The notes under the pieces are model-generated. The model saw nothing but the letters and a program-made list of their open reading frames with translations. It had not been told where the DNA came from and did not search any database. The position numbers and the translations under genes were made by a program. A stretch of 56,916 nucleotides of DNA, from the NCBI GenBank assembly GCA_026991575.1, contig JALXBF010000100.1:1-56916 (forward strand). Reading direction: 5' to 3'. The DNA is from Planctomycetota bacterium. GTDB taxonomy: Bacteria > Planctomycetota > Planctomycetia > JALXBF01. Every line of letters begins with the position of its first letter. Position 1 is the stretch's first letter. This document shows, piece after piece, positions 48,118 to 56,916 of the stretch.

Positions 48118-48549
48118 TTACTCGCTCTGCCAGTTGGTAATGTCGTCCTCGGTACCCGACTGCCGATCGGGGCCTGCCGACCAGATATCGGGCTTGTCCT
48201 GGTTGTGCTGGCCGGGGTACTGGTAGAAGTAAGGCGTGCCCCAGGGGTCGACCAGGGCTTTGTTGGTCTCCAGGTAGGGGCCAGCCCAGTTCTTCGGGAT
48301 CGGCTCTGTGGTTGGCTGCGTGATCAGCGCCTGCAGGCCCTGTTCGGTAGTGGGATACGTTCCGGCGTTTAGACGGTAGTAGTCCAGTGCACTTTCGAGC
48401 AGTTCGATCTGTGCCTTTGCCGTGTTGACCTCCTGGTGCCGCTGGATGCCGAAGAACTGAGGCGCGACGATCCCGGCCAGCAGGCCGATGATCACCAGCA
48501 CCAGCAGCACTTCCAGCAGCGTGAACGCTCGACGATCGCGCCGCGCCAT
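48118..48549 (-). CDS. gspG: Major pseudopilin GspG
   Basis: A|FTLLEVLLV, YPTTEQGLQAL, W.GPYL, DPWG.PY.Y, SAGPD...DDI.NW; GGAGG SD. Confidence 0.95.
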   Translation of the reverse strand: MARRDRRAFTLLEVLLVLVIIGLLAGIVAPQFFGIQRHQEVNTAKAQIELLESALDYYRLNAGTYPTTEQGLQALITQPTTEPIPKNWAGPYLETNKALVDPWGTPYFYQYPGQHNQDKPDIWSAGPDRQSGTEDDITNWQSE

Positions 48550-48611
48550 GGTGCTTTTCCTCCGAAACGCGTCACCACGCCCATCTAGCCCAGACCGCTC
48601 TAGAGTATTAG

Positions 48612-48636
48612 AGACCGCATCGCCGTTGGCCGTTCC
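48612..48636 (-). promoter_or_regulatory. Putative ECF-sigma internal promoter of gspG
   Basis: GGAACGGCCAACGGCGATGCGGTCT = GGAAC-N16-GTCT, matching 23982-24006. Confidence 0.55.
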
Positions 48637-48713
48637 ACGCACGGCGGCGGGGCGCCGTCGGTGGCAGTTCGGTCCTGTTAGTAGACAGCGCCGTTGACCG
48701 CTGCGGCGTCTGG

Positions 48714-49913
48714 CTACAGCGCCGTGCCCATCTTCATCACCGGCAATAGCAGGGCGGCGACCACTAGCAGCGTCACGCCGGCCATAACCAGCAGCAGGAC
48801 CGGCTCCAGCATGCGCACCAGCAGCTCGACCTGGCGCGTCAGCCTGCGTTCGGTGGTATCGGCCACGCGGATGAGAACATTCTCCAGGTTGTTGGACTCT
48901 TCACCAACGGCGATCATCTCGACGACATCGGCCGGGAACACGCCGGCGGCTTTCAAGGGGGCAGAGAGCGTAGCGCCCGCAGAGACGCTGTCGGCAGCCC
49001 GGTCGATGGCCGTCGCCAGGAGGCGATTGCCGACCGAGTCGCGTGCGATGCGCAGGGCGGTCAGGATCGGCACGCCGTTGGCCAGCATCGTGCCCAGGAT
49101 GCGACTGAAACGGGCCACGGCCCAGCCGGTCCAGATCGGCCCAAGAACGGGCAGGCGGAGCTTGACGCGATCCCACCAGGCCCGCCCCTCGTCACTGCGC
49201 ACGACCACGTACCCGGCCACAACCACGACGGCGAACGCCGCGACTAACCAGAGCCAGTGCTCTTTGATACCGTTGCTGACCGCTAGCAGGGTCTCGGTCA
49301 GCACGGGCAACTGGCCTCGTTCGCGCATGCGCGCGAAGATCAGCTCAAAACGAGGCACGAAGAAGGTCATCATCACGGTGAGCACGACGCTAGTGACGGC
49401 CAGCAGGAAGGCGGGGTAAGTGAGGGCTCCGAGGATTCTGGCCTTAATCTCTTCCTGGTGCTCGGTGAAGTCCGCGATCCTGCGGAGCACATCCTCCAGG
49501 AAGCCGCCCTCCTGACCGGCTCGCACCATGCTCACCGCCAGCTCCGAAAACACGCGCGGATGGCGGGCCATGGCCTCGGCCAACGACATCCCTTCGGCAA
49601 CATCGGCCCGCAATTGTTCGATGACGCTCGCCAGGGCGGCGTGCGATGTCTGACCTTCCAGCACTTCCAGGGCACGCAGCAGCGGCACGCCGGCCTGGAG
49701 CAGATCTGCCAACGCGCCGTAGAACCAGGCGACGTGGCGCGCCCGGACACGACCGCCCGAAACCGGACGGGCTGTTCGCGTTTCGCGCACCGAGACGACG
49801 AACAATCCTTGCTCCGCCAGTCTGTGCAGCAGCTCCCTCTGGCTGGCCGCCTCGAGCACGCCGCGCACCAGCACGCCATTTCGGTTTCGGGCGGTGTATT
49901 CGAAGGATCCCAT
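48714..49913 (-). CDS. gspF: Inner-membrane platform protein GspF/PilC
   Basis: AGVPLLRAL, HPRVF, AGQEGGFL, ALTYP, MIAVGEES, LEP motifs. Confidence 0.94.
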   Translation of the reverse strand: MGSFEYTARNRNGVLVRGVLEAASQRELLHRLAEQGLFVVSVRETRTARPVSGGRVRARHVAWFYGALADLLQAGVPLLRALEVLEGQTSHAALASVIEQLRADVAEGMSLAEAMARHPRVFSELAVSMVRAGQEGGFLEDVLRRIADFTEHQEEIKARILGALTYPAFLLAVTSVVLTVMMTFFVPRFELIFARMRERGQLPVLTETLLAVSNGIKEHWLWLVAAFAVVVVAGYVVVRSDEGRAWWDRVKLRLPVLGPIWTGWAVARFSRILGTMLANGVPILTALRIARDSVGNRLLATAIDRAADSVSAGATLSAPLKAAGVFPADVVEMIAVGEESNNLENVLIRVADTTERRLTRQVELLVRMLEPVLLLVMAGVTLLVVAALLLPVMKMGTAL

Positions 49914-49932
49914 GGCCGGTCAGATTCGTTGC

Positions 49933-50730
49933 CTAGACCTGTGCGAACAGCCGAAGCGCTCCGACAGCGGCCGCGTCACGTTCCGGACGGCGCTGCTGCC
50001 GAGGGGGTCGCGCGCCGGGTCCGCGGAACCGGCGGCCTCCGGGAAAGCCGAACGGCCGCATTAGTTCTTCGACGTTAAACGGCGCGCCGAGCATCTTCTT
50101 CCACGTTTCCTTTTGCTCGTCAGTTAGGATCGCCATGACCTTCGAGATCGCCTCCTCACGCGCCTTGCGCATGCGCTCACGCAGACCGCGGAAGAACTCG
50201 CGTCGCTGCTCGGGGCTCATCTCGCGCATCCGCCGGAAGTCGATCCTTGTCTCCTGGACGATCTGCTCGATCTTTTCCTTCTGCTCATCGGTTAGCCCGA
50301 GCTTCTTGGCAACGTCCGGTCGCAGGAACACTCCTGCGCCGGCGAAGCGGAGTGTCGCCTGGAGTTGGATCTGGTTGAGCCGCTCGGCCTGCTCAGGCTC
50401 AAGGATCGCGTCGACCATCTCCTCGGCCGTGCGGAAAATCTTCTGCATTTCGGCGGCCCGCTGTTCACGGTCCACGTCCCGCAGCGATCGCATCTTCTCG
50501 CGTAGCTCTTCGCCCACGTCGCGGAGCAGTTCCTTCTGCTCGTCGGTCAGCTTCAACTCCTTCTGCACCGCTTCGGCCCGCAGCAGCATCAGCTTGCCAC
50601 CGCGGAAGAACATGCCGCCGCCGAATCGGCCGGGGAATCCACCGGGGCGGCCCCGCTGAGCCCAGGCTGGCAGTGCCAGCACTACGGCCAGGAGACCCGC
50701 CAAGCAAGCCGTTCTGTGTAAAGCACGCAT
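49933..50730 (-). CDS. Secreted helical protein with LTxxQ repeats (Spy/CpxP-like)
   Basis: Signal peptide (AWA|Q); LKLTDEQK, LEPEQ, LGLTDEQK, ILTDEQK; Gly/Phe/Arg-rich termini. Confidence 0.75.
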   Translation of the reverse strand: MRALHRTACLAGLLAVVLALPAWAQRGRPGGFPGRFGGGMFFRGGKLMLLRAEAVQKELKLTDEQKELLRDVGEELREKMRSLRDVDREQRAAEMQKIFRTAEEMVDAILEPEQAERLNQIQLQATLRFAGAGVFLRPDVAKKLGLTDEQKEKIEQIVQETRIDFRRMREMSPEQRREFFRGLRERMRKAREEAISKVMAILTDEQKETWKKMLGAPFNVEELMRPFGFPGGRRFRGPGARPPRQQRRPERDAAAVGALRLFAQV

Positions 50731-50792
50731 CGCAGCTCCTCCACCTGAGGTTTGGACCCGCCGACGGCTCGGTGAGCCGAACCGCCCTGCCG

Positions 50793-52469
50793 CTACACCA
50801 CGGCAACACGCAGAACTTCTTCGACCGTCGTGATACCGTTGCGCACCTTGATCCAGCCGTCTTCACGCAGGGTGCGCATACCATGGGACCGCGCCGTCTT
50901 GAAGATCACAGCAGCGCTGGCCCGTTCCACCGTCAATTCGCGGATCTCGTCATCCGTCACCAACAGCTCGAAGATGCCAACTCGGCCGCGATAGCCCGTG
51001 TTCCGGCACTCCCGGCATCCCACGGGACGATACAACTGCAACCCTGGCTCGTACGGGAAATCCTCGGGCAGGTCTTTTGGATCCGGTTCGTACGGTTCCT
51101 TGCAGGCAGCACACAGCACGCGGACCAGCCGCTGGGCCATCACCGCCTCGACCGTGCTGGACACCAGGTACGGCTCGACCCCCATGTCCACGAGCCGCAC
51201 GAACGCGCTTGCCGCATCGTTGGTGTGCAACGTGCTGAAGACAAGGTGTCCAGTTAACGATGCCTGGATCGCGATCTCGGCGGTTTCCAGATCCCGGATC
51301 TCGCCGACAAGGATCACGTCCGGGTCGTGCCGGAGAATGCTGCGCAGGCCGGCGGCGAAGGTAAGCCCGATCTTGGCATGAACCTGAATCTGGTTCAGCC
51401 CTTCCAGGTGGTACTCGACCGGGTCCTCAATCGTGATGATCTTGATCGCTTCGCTCCGGATGTCGCGCAGCGCGCTGTAGAGGGTAGTCGTCTTACCGCT
51501 ACCCGTCGGGCCGGTGACCAGCAGAATGCCATGCGGCCGCTGGATCAACTTGCGAAAAGCCTCGTAGGTGTCCGGCTCCATACCCAACCGCTGCAGGTCG
51601 AACTCCATGCCGCCCTTATCCAGGATCCGCAGCACTAAGCCTTCGCCGTGGATCATCGGGATGACGGAGACGCGCACGTCGATGTCGCGGCCCTTGACCC
51701 GCAGCTTGATCCGGCCGTCCTGCGGGAGCCGTTTTTCGGCAATATTCAGGCGAGCCATGATCTTCAAACGGCTGATGATCGCGCTGCGAAACCGGTCGAT
51801 CTCCGGCGGCACGGGCTGCCTGTGCAGCACGCCGTCGATGCGGTAGCGGAGCTTCAGCCCGCTTTCCTGCGACTCGATGTGCACGTCGCTCGCCCGCTGC
51901 TCGATCGCCTCCAGCAAGAACTCATTGACCAACCGCACCACAGACGGCTGCTTCGCTTCTTCGTCCAGCTCCGCCTCGAGCTCTTCGGGCTCTTCCAGGA
52001 ACTCCAACTCGTGACGATCGGCCACCAGTTCACTGACCGTGCCGCCGCCCACCCCGAAGTGCTGCTTGATGAGCTGCTCGATCTCTGCCCTGCGTGCCAC
52101 GACCGGCTCGACATGCAAGCCGGTCTTCGCCTCGACCTCGTCCAGGGCGTACAGGTCGAGCGGGTTGCTGGTCGCCACGATGAGCGTACCGTCGCGACGT
52201 TCGATCGGCATGATCGTGTGTTTAAAGACAAGCCGGGCCGGCACCAGGGTGGCGACCTCCCTGGGCACGGCGTAATCATGCAGGTCCCGGATCGGACAGC
52301 CGGTCTGTTCGGCCAACAGCTCCAGAACCTCACGCTCTTCGAGCAGCCCCTCTTCGATGCCGATTTCCAGCAGGCCTCGGTCCGGGTCCGCAGCGGCCTT
52401 GCGTCTCAGTTCGGCCAGCTGGGCTTCGCTCAGCAGACCATGGCGTAGCAGAAGTGCACCAAGTTCCAT
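50793..52469 (-). CDS. gspE: Secretion ATPase GspE/PilB
   Basis: ASDVHIE, RLPQDGR, GPTGSGKTTT, EDPVEY, LRHDPDVILVGEIRD, two CxxC; start set at ATG 52469. Confidence 0.95.
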   Translation of the reverse strand: MELGALLLRHGLLSEAQLAELRRKAAADPDRGLLEIGIEEGLLEEREVLELLAEQTGCPIRDLHDYAVPREVATLVPARLVFKHTIMPIERRDGTLIVATSNPLDLYALDEVEAKTGLHVEPVVARRAEIEQLIKQHFGVGGGTVSELVADRHELEFLEEPEELEAELDEEAKQPSVVRLVNEFLLEAIEQRASDVHIESQESGLKLRYRIDGVLHRQPVPPEIDRFRSAIISRLKIMARLNIAEKRLPQDGRIKLRVKGRDIDVRVSVIPMIHGEGLVLRILDKGGMEFDLQRLGMEPDTYEAFRKLIQRPHGILLVTGPTGSGKTTTLYSALRDIRSEAIKIITIEDPVEYHLEGLNQIQVHAKIGLTFAAGLRSILRHDPDVILVGEIRDLETAEIAIQASLTGHLVFSTLHTNDAASAFVRLVDMGVEPYLVSSTVEAVMAQRLVRVLCAACKEPYEPDPKDLPEDFPYEPGLQLYRPVGCRECRNTGYRGRVGIFELLVTDDEIRELTVERASAAVIFKTARSHGMRTLREDGWIKVRNGITTVEEVLRVAVV

Positions 52470-52783
52470 ACGTGCCCAAGACCTCCGCCGATGTTGCGCG
52501 AGAGCCAAATTCGCAGAGGTGGCCTCCGCCGGTCCAGAACCACTCTAGTAGTCTAAAGCGTCACGCCTGCGGTGGTTGGGCTCCGGAAAAATCCGCGTGC
52601 AATCTCCCCGCCTTTGGCGCTGTCCACTACTGAGGGCGGGCACCCCTCACGCATCAGCGAGAGCCACAGCGTGCGGTTCTCGCCAAGCGTGAGGGGCTTT
52701 TTTGGACGAAACAGAGTCAGAGGCGTCTCTTGCGGGACGACACCGGATACCGCCCAAACGCCCCCTCAAACCTCCCAGACCCC

Positions 52784-52820
52784 AGGCGCAGGGGCTTGAC
52801 CCAGGCCCCTGCGTCTTTTT
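52784..52820 (+). terminator. Intrinsic-terminator-like hairpin in a divergent intergenic region
   Basis: AGGCGCAGGGGC...GCCCCTGCGTCT stem followed by a T run. Confidence 0.5.
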
Positions 52821-52920
52821 GCGCAACAACCGGGCAGCCGTCCCGGCAAGACCATGCTACCATGAAATGGGACCGGCGCACCGCCGGTGCCAGCCACATT
52901 CCGAACGGGAGGGTGCGCCC

Positions 52921-53760
52921 GTGACCGAGCCGACGTTCCGCAGCATATTGCGCCTTCTCGCCCTGGCAACCCTGCCGACCCTGGTGCTTCTATTGCCAGA
53001 GCGCAGCTTTGGACAAACGCGCCTTCTGAAACGGTTCGACAAGAACGGCGACGGCGTCGTGCATCCGTCGGAAGTACCCGAGTCGATGAAAGGCATTTAC
53101 CGGCGGCTCGCCGAGCGAGCGGGGCTGGATCCGGACAAGCCGATTCGCATCGAAGAGGCAAGCGAGCGGATCGAGCAAAAAGTAGTCAAACAGCTTGCCG
53201 AAGAAGGCGTCCAGGTTTCGGTCACGGTGACCGGAGCCAGGCCGAAACTCTATATCCGATGGCCTGGCCAGCAAGGCCCGCCTTCGAAGGTGGTTGGCCG
53301 CGGTCTGCCGCCGATCAAGCCACGGGTCAAGAAAGACGCGGGTGGCGCGCCGCTGCGGCTGCCAAGCGAGTACGCGCAGTACGACCGCGACCGCGACGGA
53401 CAAATCGGCCTCTATGAGTGGCCTCGTCGCAGGATTGCCGAATTCCTGAAACTGGACAAGAACCAGGACGGATTCCTGACGCCCCGTGAGCTGGGGGCAA
53501 AGCCGACCAATACCCGCACCGCCTCGGCCGGCGGTCCCGGCGATTCCAGGGAGCAGCGGCAAGGTTCAGGGGCCGCCGGCCCAATCGTCTCGTCCCAACC
53601 GTCGTCGGCACCGCAGCCACCGGTGGCAGCACCCGCCGCCGCGCCGCTGGCAGCAGTTCCAGCCGGCCCGGTGGAAGCGAGCTCCGCGTCGCCGAAGCGG
53701 GCCGCACAGCAGGCGGAATCACGTCCTGGCGAGCGTCCCAAGAACCGGTCCGATCAATAG
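52921..53760 (+). CDS. Secreted EF-hand protein with Pro/Ala-rich tail
   Basis: Signal peptide; DKNGDGVVHPSE, DRDRDGQIGLYE, DKNQDGFLTPRE loops; GGAGG SD before GTG 52921. Confidence 0.8.
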   Translation: MTEPTFRSILRLLALATLPTLVLLLPERSFGQTRLLKRFDKNGDGVVHPSEVPESMKGIYRRLAERAGLDPDKPIRIEEASERIEQKVVKQLAEEGVQVSVTVTGARPKLYIRWPGQQGPPSKVVGRGLPPIKPRVKKDAGGAPLRLPSEYAQYDRDRDGQIGLYEWPRRRIAEFLKLDKNQDGFLTPRELGAKPTNTRTASAGGPGDSREQRQGSGAAGPIVSSQPSSAPQPPVAAPAAAPLAAVPAGPVEASSASPKRAAQQAESRPGERPKNRSDQ

Positions 53761-56699
53761 TGCACCCAGATCGGACTGCTCCAGGCAAGCTGCCCGTCGC
53801 TCTGCAACACGCGCACGTAGTACCAGACCACCTGGTTCTTCAACCGCTCACGTTCAGTCCAACGGAACTCGACCTCCGTCTCGCCGGGCTGAATCGCGTA
53901 GACGTACTTGCCACTGCGGATGATGTCCACCTGGGCAACCGGCGCCGTACCGATCACCCGGACGTCCAGCCGGATCGGCTCGCTCGCCTTGAACTCATCG
54001 CCCATCAGGTGTTCGCCGCTAGTGACGACCAGCAGGATGTTGTCCGTCGCGCCGTAGCAGTGCCGCCTGCGAAAGCCTTCGACCACCTGCTGCCGAGTCG
54101 GCTCGGTGACAAAGACCATGCCGTAGCTGATGTGCGTGCTGCCGTGGTCTGAAGAAGACTGGAAGCCAAGGCGATAGCCGCGCAGCAGGGCCCGCCACAC
54201 GAAGCCCAGCGGCCGCCAGCCGCCGATGGCATCGTCGGGCCCGGTGGCCGAGCGTGGCGCACCCCGATGTTCGTAGTTCTGACGCGCCCCCTGGTAGATC
54301 TCCACCACCGGTTCAGCCACGGGATCATTGTCGCGCCAGTCGGTGCCCATGTCCGTAGCCGAGGTGTGCGACGCACAGATGCCCCCAAAGGTGCGAAGGT
54401 ATTCGTAGAGCATCGAGGTGTCCTGGACGCTGACGTTGTTGCCCTTACGCGGCTCGCCCGGTTGCGGCCGTAGCCGTGGCAGGGTCCGGATGCCGCGCTG
54501 TGCAAACATCACGTTGCGGTGACCATCTGGATAGCGCACGCTCCGCTCATAGCTGAAGACCGGCACAAAATGGGGTGGGTGGTGGAAGATGTCCGTCGTC
54601 TTCTGGGTCAGCCACCAGGTGTACTCGGCGCCGGCACCGTTATCGTGATCGCCACAGCCCAGCCAGTCCATGCGTGCTGCGTCGATAGCGTACCGCCACA
54701 TGTCTTCCAGTGAACCGTCGCCGCCACCGTCCGGGGAAATCTCCGTGTGACGGTGGAATTCGCCGCGCATGATTCGATAGGTCTTGCCTCCCAAAGTAAG
54801 CCGGAAAGCTCGTAGCCGTGCCACGTCGTCCGGCTCATTCGGATGGGCCGGCAGTGGCGAGGCGCCCGGTTGCAGATCCGGGAGGCTGTCGGTGCCGGCC
54901 GGCTGCCCCGGCGGCCCCAACGGTGGGATGTAGCTAACCTCCAAGTCGTTTCCAATCTGCACTGGCCGGTCCGCGCGAAACCGATTGTCGGTCGAATAAC
55001 AGACCAGTAACCCGCCTTTAGGAAGCCCAACCAGCGCTGGGCGATTGTCCAGCAAGTTGTCCGAATGCACCAGAAGCATCGGACCACGCCAGCCGCCGCT
55101 GTCGTAGCTCAGCACGTAGCTCTGCCAGTAGGTCCCGGCCGGACCCACCCACCGCTCGCGCTTGCGGAACGCCAGCCACACCCGGCCCTGGCCGTCACAT
55201 GCTAGTCGCGGATAGCTGTACAACCGGCCGGTTCCCGGCAGGGCCACCCGGCTCATGACATCCCGTACCGATTCCTTCGGATAGCGCCATCGGCCGTTTT
55301 CTAGCCAGGCTAGCTGAACCGTGGCTGTCTGATAGAGCCGCGTGCCGGGCTGCCGCACACCGGCCAGCCGATAATGAGCCCCCTGATCCTTGCCCCAGTT
55401 GACGCCGCGCTGTTCCCATGCCACCCAGATCCGGCCAGTCGGGTCGCATGTTACGGCCGCGTTTGCTTCGAACGCGGGCGAATCGGCAACCGGACTCAGC
55501 CGCTCACTGGTCTGATCCACCGCGTTGATCGTCCACAGCCGCACGTCATAGTTGCCCTTGGCATACGTGTCGAAGGCAACATAGAGCCGCCCGTTGCGGT
55601 CCGCCGCCACGGCGGGATTCCATTCGTTCGCGCCACGCACACCGGCCTCCAACACTTTGCTCTGCCGCCCGAGCCGTCTGGCAAAGATCTGAAAGTCGCC
55701 GTCGCGCCACCCCTGCCAGACGACCCAGACTGAACCGTCCGACGCAGCGATCGCCTGAGCATTGATGTCGGCACCGGGATCTTCGGTCAGCCGCTCGATC
55801 GGGCCGAGCTTCCAGTCCTTGCCGATGGCTATCGTTCGATGGTAAAGGTCCCAGTTCCCGTCCTTGTTCTGGCTCCAGACAATGTGCAACACACCGCTGT
55901 CATCCATGGCCAGCGTCGGACGCCACAGGTCCAGCCCCCGTTCCGTGAGCACGAACGGCGAGGACCAGCCGCGCCAGTTCACCAACAACAGGAGCTGATC
56001 CCCGCCCCCCTTTGGACGAAACGCGCTGAAATCACTGGGCCGCTCTGCCAATGCGGTCATCCGTTTGGGCCCCACGTGTTCGTGGCCCACGTAGGCCACG
56101 AACGCCATACCCGCGGCCGCGATCATCGCGGGGAAATCCTCCTCAATCACCGTTGCCGCGATCGGCTCATGAACCGGCACCCGCTCGACCCGTACCTTGC
56201 CACGAAAACGCTTTAGCGGCTCACCCCACGACAGCTCGGCCAATCGAACGGTAAACGAACCGAACGTGGTGTCGAACTCAATCCGACCGTCGGCCGCGAC
56301 GTCTTTCAGGAAAAGCACCAGGCCGTTTGGCACCAGAACGCGGCGTCCGCGCACCCCGCCCCTGGCCCGACGAAGCCGAAACCGGAAGCGGTTGCCCTCG
56401 ATCCGATCGGGTCGAATCCCACGCCACAGTTGCGCGTTGACAAGCGTGGCACCGGTGAGCTTGAAGCTCCCCTCAACCAGCTGCGGCCTGTCGATCCCGA
56501 GGCCAAAGAGCACGCGTACGCTGAAATCCGCTTCGGGCAGTCGGACGTTCGCCGCCGCATCCGGCGCCGGGGCCAGCGCCGCGGGCATAGCCTCCAACAA
56601 CTGCATCGTCGATCCGGTTGGCCAGACCAGCCACCAGGCTGTCGCGACAGCCGAGAGCACAAGCGCCATAGTCGCTGCGCTCAGGTGACCTCGTTTCAT
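53754..56699 (-). CDS. Large exported protein: beta-propeller-like repeats + PHP-like (DUF3604-type) metallohydrolase domain
   Basis: N-terminal hydrophobic helix; repeated P....D..G..(W/H)V.W units; GEFHRHT, DHD, YE, GHRN, SHT, SSDH motifs; AGGAGG SD before ATG 56699. Confidence 0.75.
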   Translation of the reverse strand: MKRGHLSAATMALVLSAVATAWWLVWPTGSTMQLLEAMPAALAPAPDAAANVRLPEADFSVRVLFGLGIDRPQLVEGSFKLTGATLVNAQLWRGIRPDRIEGNRFRFRLRRARGGVRGRRVLVPNGLVLFLKDVAADGRIEFDTTFGSFTVRLAELSWGEPLKRFRGKVRVERVPVHEPIAATVIEEDFPAMIAAAGMAFVAYVGHEHVGPKRMTALAERPSDFSAFRPKGGGDQLLLLVNWRGWSSPFVLTERGLDLWRPTLAMDDSGVLHIVWSQNKDGNWDLYHRTIAIGKDWKLGPIERLTEDPGADINAQAIAASDGSVWVVWQGWRDGDFQIFARRLGRQSKVLEAGVRGANEWNPAVAADRNGRLYVAFDTYAKGNYDVRLWTINAVDQTSERLSPVADSPAFEANAAVTCDPTGRIWVAWEQRGVNWGKDQGAHYRLAGVRQPGTRLYQTATVQLAWLENGRWRYPKESVRDVMSRVALPGTGRLYSYPRLACDGQGRVWLAFRKRERWVGPAGTYWQSYVLSYDSGGWRGPMLLVHSDNLLDNRPALVGLPKGGLLVCYSTDNRFRADRPVQIGNDLEVSYIPPLGPPGQPAGTDSLPDLQPGASPLPAHPNEPDDVARLRAFRLTLGGKTYRIMRGEFHRHTEISPDGGGDGSLEDMWRYAIDAARMDWLGCGDHDNGAGAEYTWWLTQKTTDIFHHPPHFVPVFSYERSVRYPDGHRNVMFAQRGIRTLPRLRPQPGEPRKGNNVSVQDTSMLYEYLRTFGGICASHTSATDMGTDWRDNDPVAEPVVEIYQGARQNYEHRGAPRSATGPDDAIGGWRPLGFVWRALLRGYRLGFQSSSDHGSTHISYGMVFVTEPTRQQVVEGFRRRHCYGATDNILLVVTSGEHLMGDEFKASEPIRLDVRVIGTAPVAQVDIIRSGKYVYAIQPGETEVEFRWTERERLKNQVVWYYVRVLQSDGQLAWSSPIWVHY

Positions 56700-56916
56700 C
56701 GTTGCTCTCCTCCTAGCGTGGGCCTTCACCCCTCTTGCCATTGCCAGCGGAAGCTCGCTCCCCTCATCCTGTAGCCCCCCCCGACTACCACCCCCCTAAC
56801 ACAGCCCTACCCCTTTGAGCAATCAGCATCAGCAACACGGCAGTCGCAGGAGCCGGGATGACCGGTTATCTCGGGCGTCCCTTGTTGCTGCGGCGATCGA
56901 ATGGCAGGGTCTGAAG

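Noticed and set aside
1..56916. tRNA, rRNA, CRISPR array, IS elements
   Set aside because: None recognised by eye; a covariance-model scan would be needed to exclude small RNAs.

Overview
GC-rich bacterial window with gene content typical of Planctomycetota (inferred, not proven). It holds about 44 protein-coding genes, and I found no rRNA, tRNA, CRISPR array or mobile element. Main blocks: a Tat-exported PaoABC/xanthine-dehydrogenase-type molybdoenzyme operon (786-4873); purH, udg, proC and bamA housekeeping genes; a YhdT-like gene plus Na+/solute symporter; a sigma54-type amtB-PII-glnD operon; comF; a small polysaccharide locus; and a type II secretion cluster (gspE-F-G-H-I-J-K-L-M/C). Two observations stand out. 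(1) The secretin appears to be split over two genes about 14.7 kb apart: one has N0 plus about 7 N-repeats and no barrel, the other has N-repeats plus the barrel and no N0. They end and begin with complementary half N-domains, and the barrel gene shares an ECF-like promoter motif with gspG. (2) An archaeal-type adenylate-kinase-like domain with a broken P-loop is fused to a nucleoside-deoxyribosyltransferase/N-glycosidase-like domain, next to purH. All family calls come from motif recognition by eye; no database searches were run.
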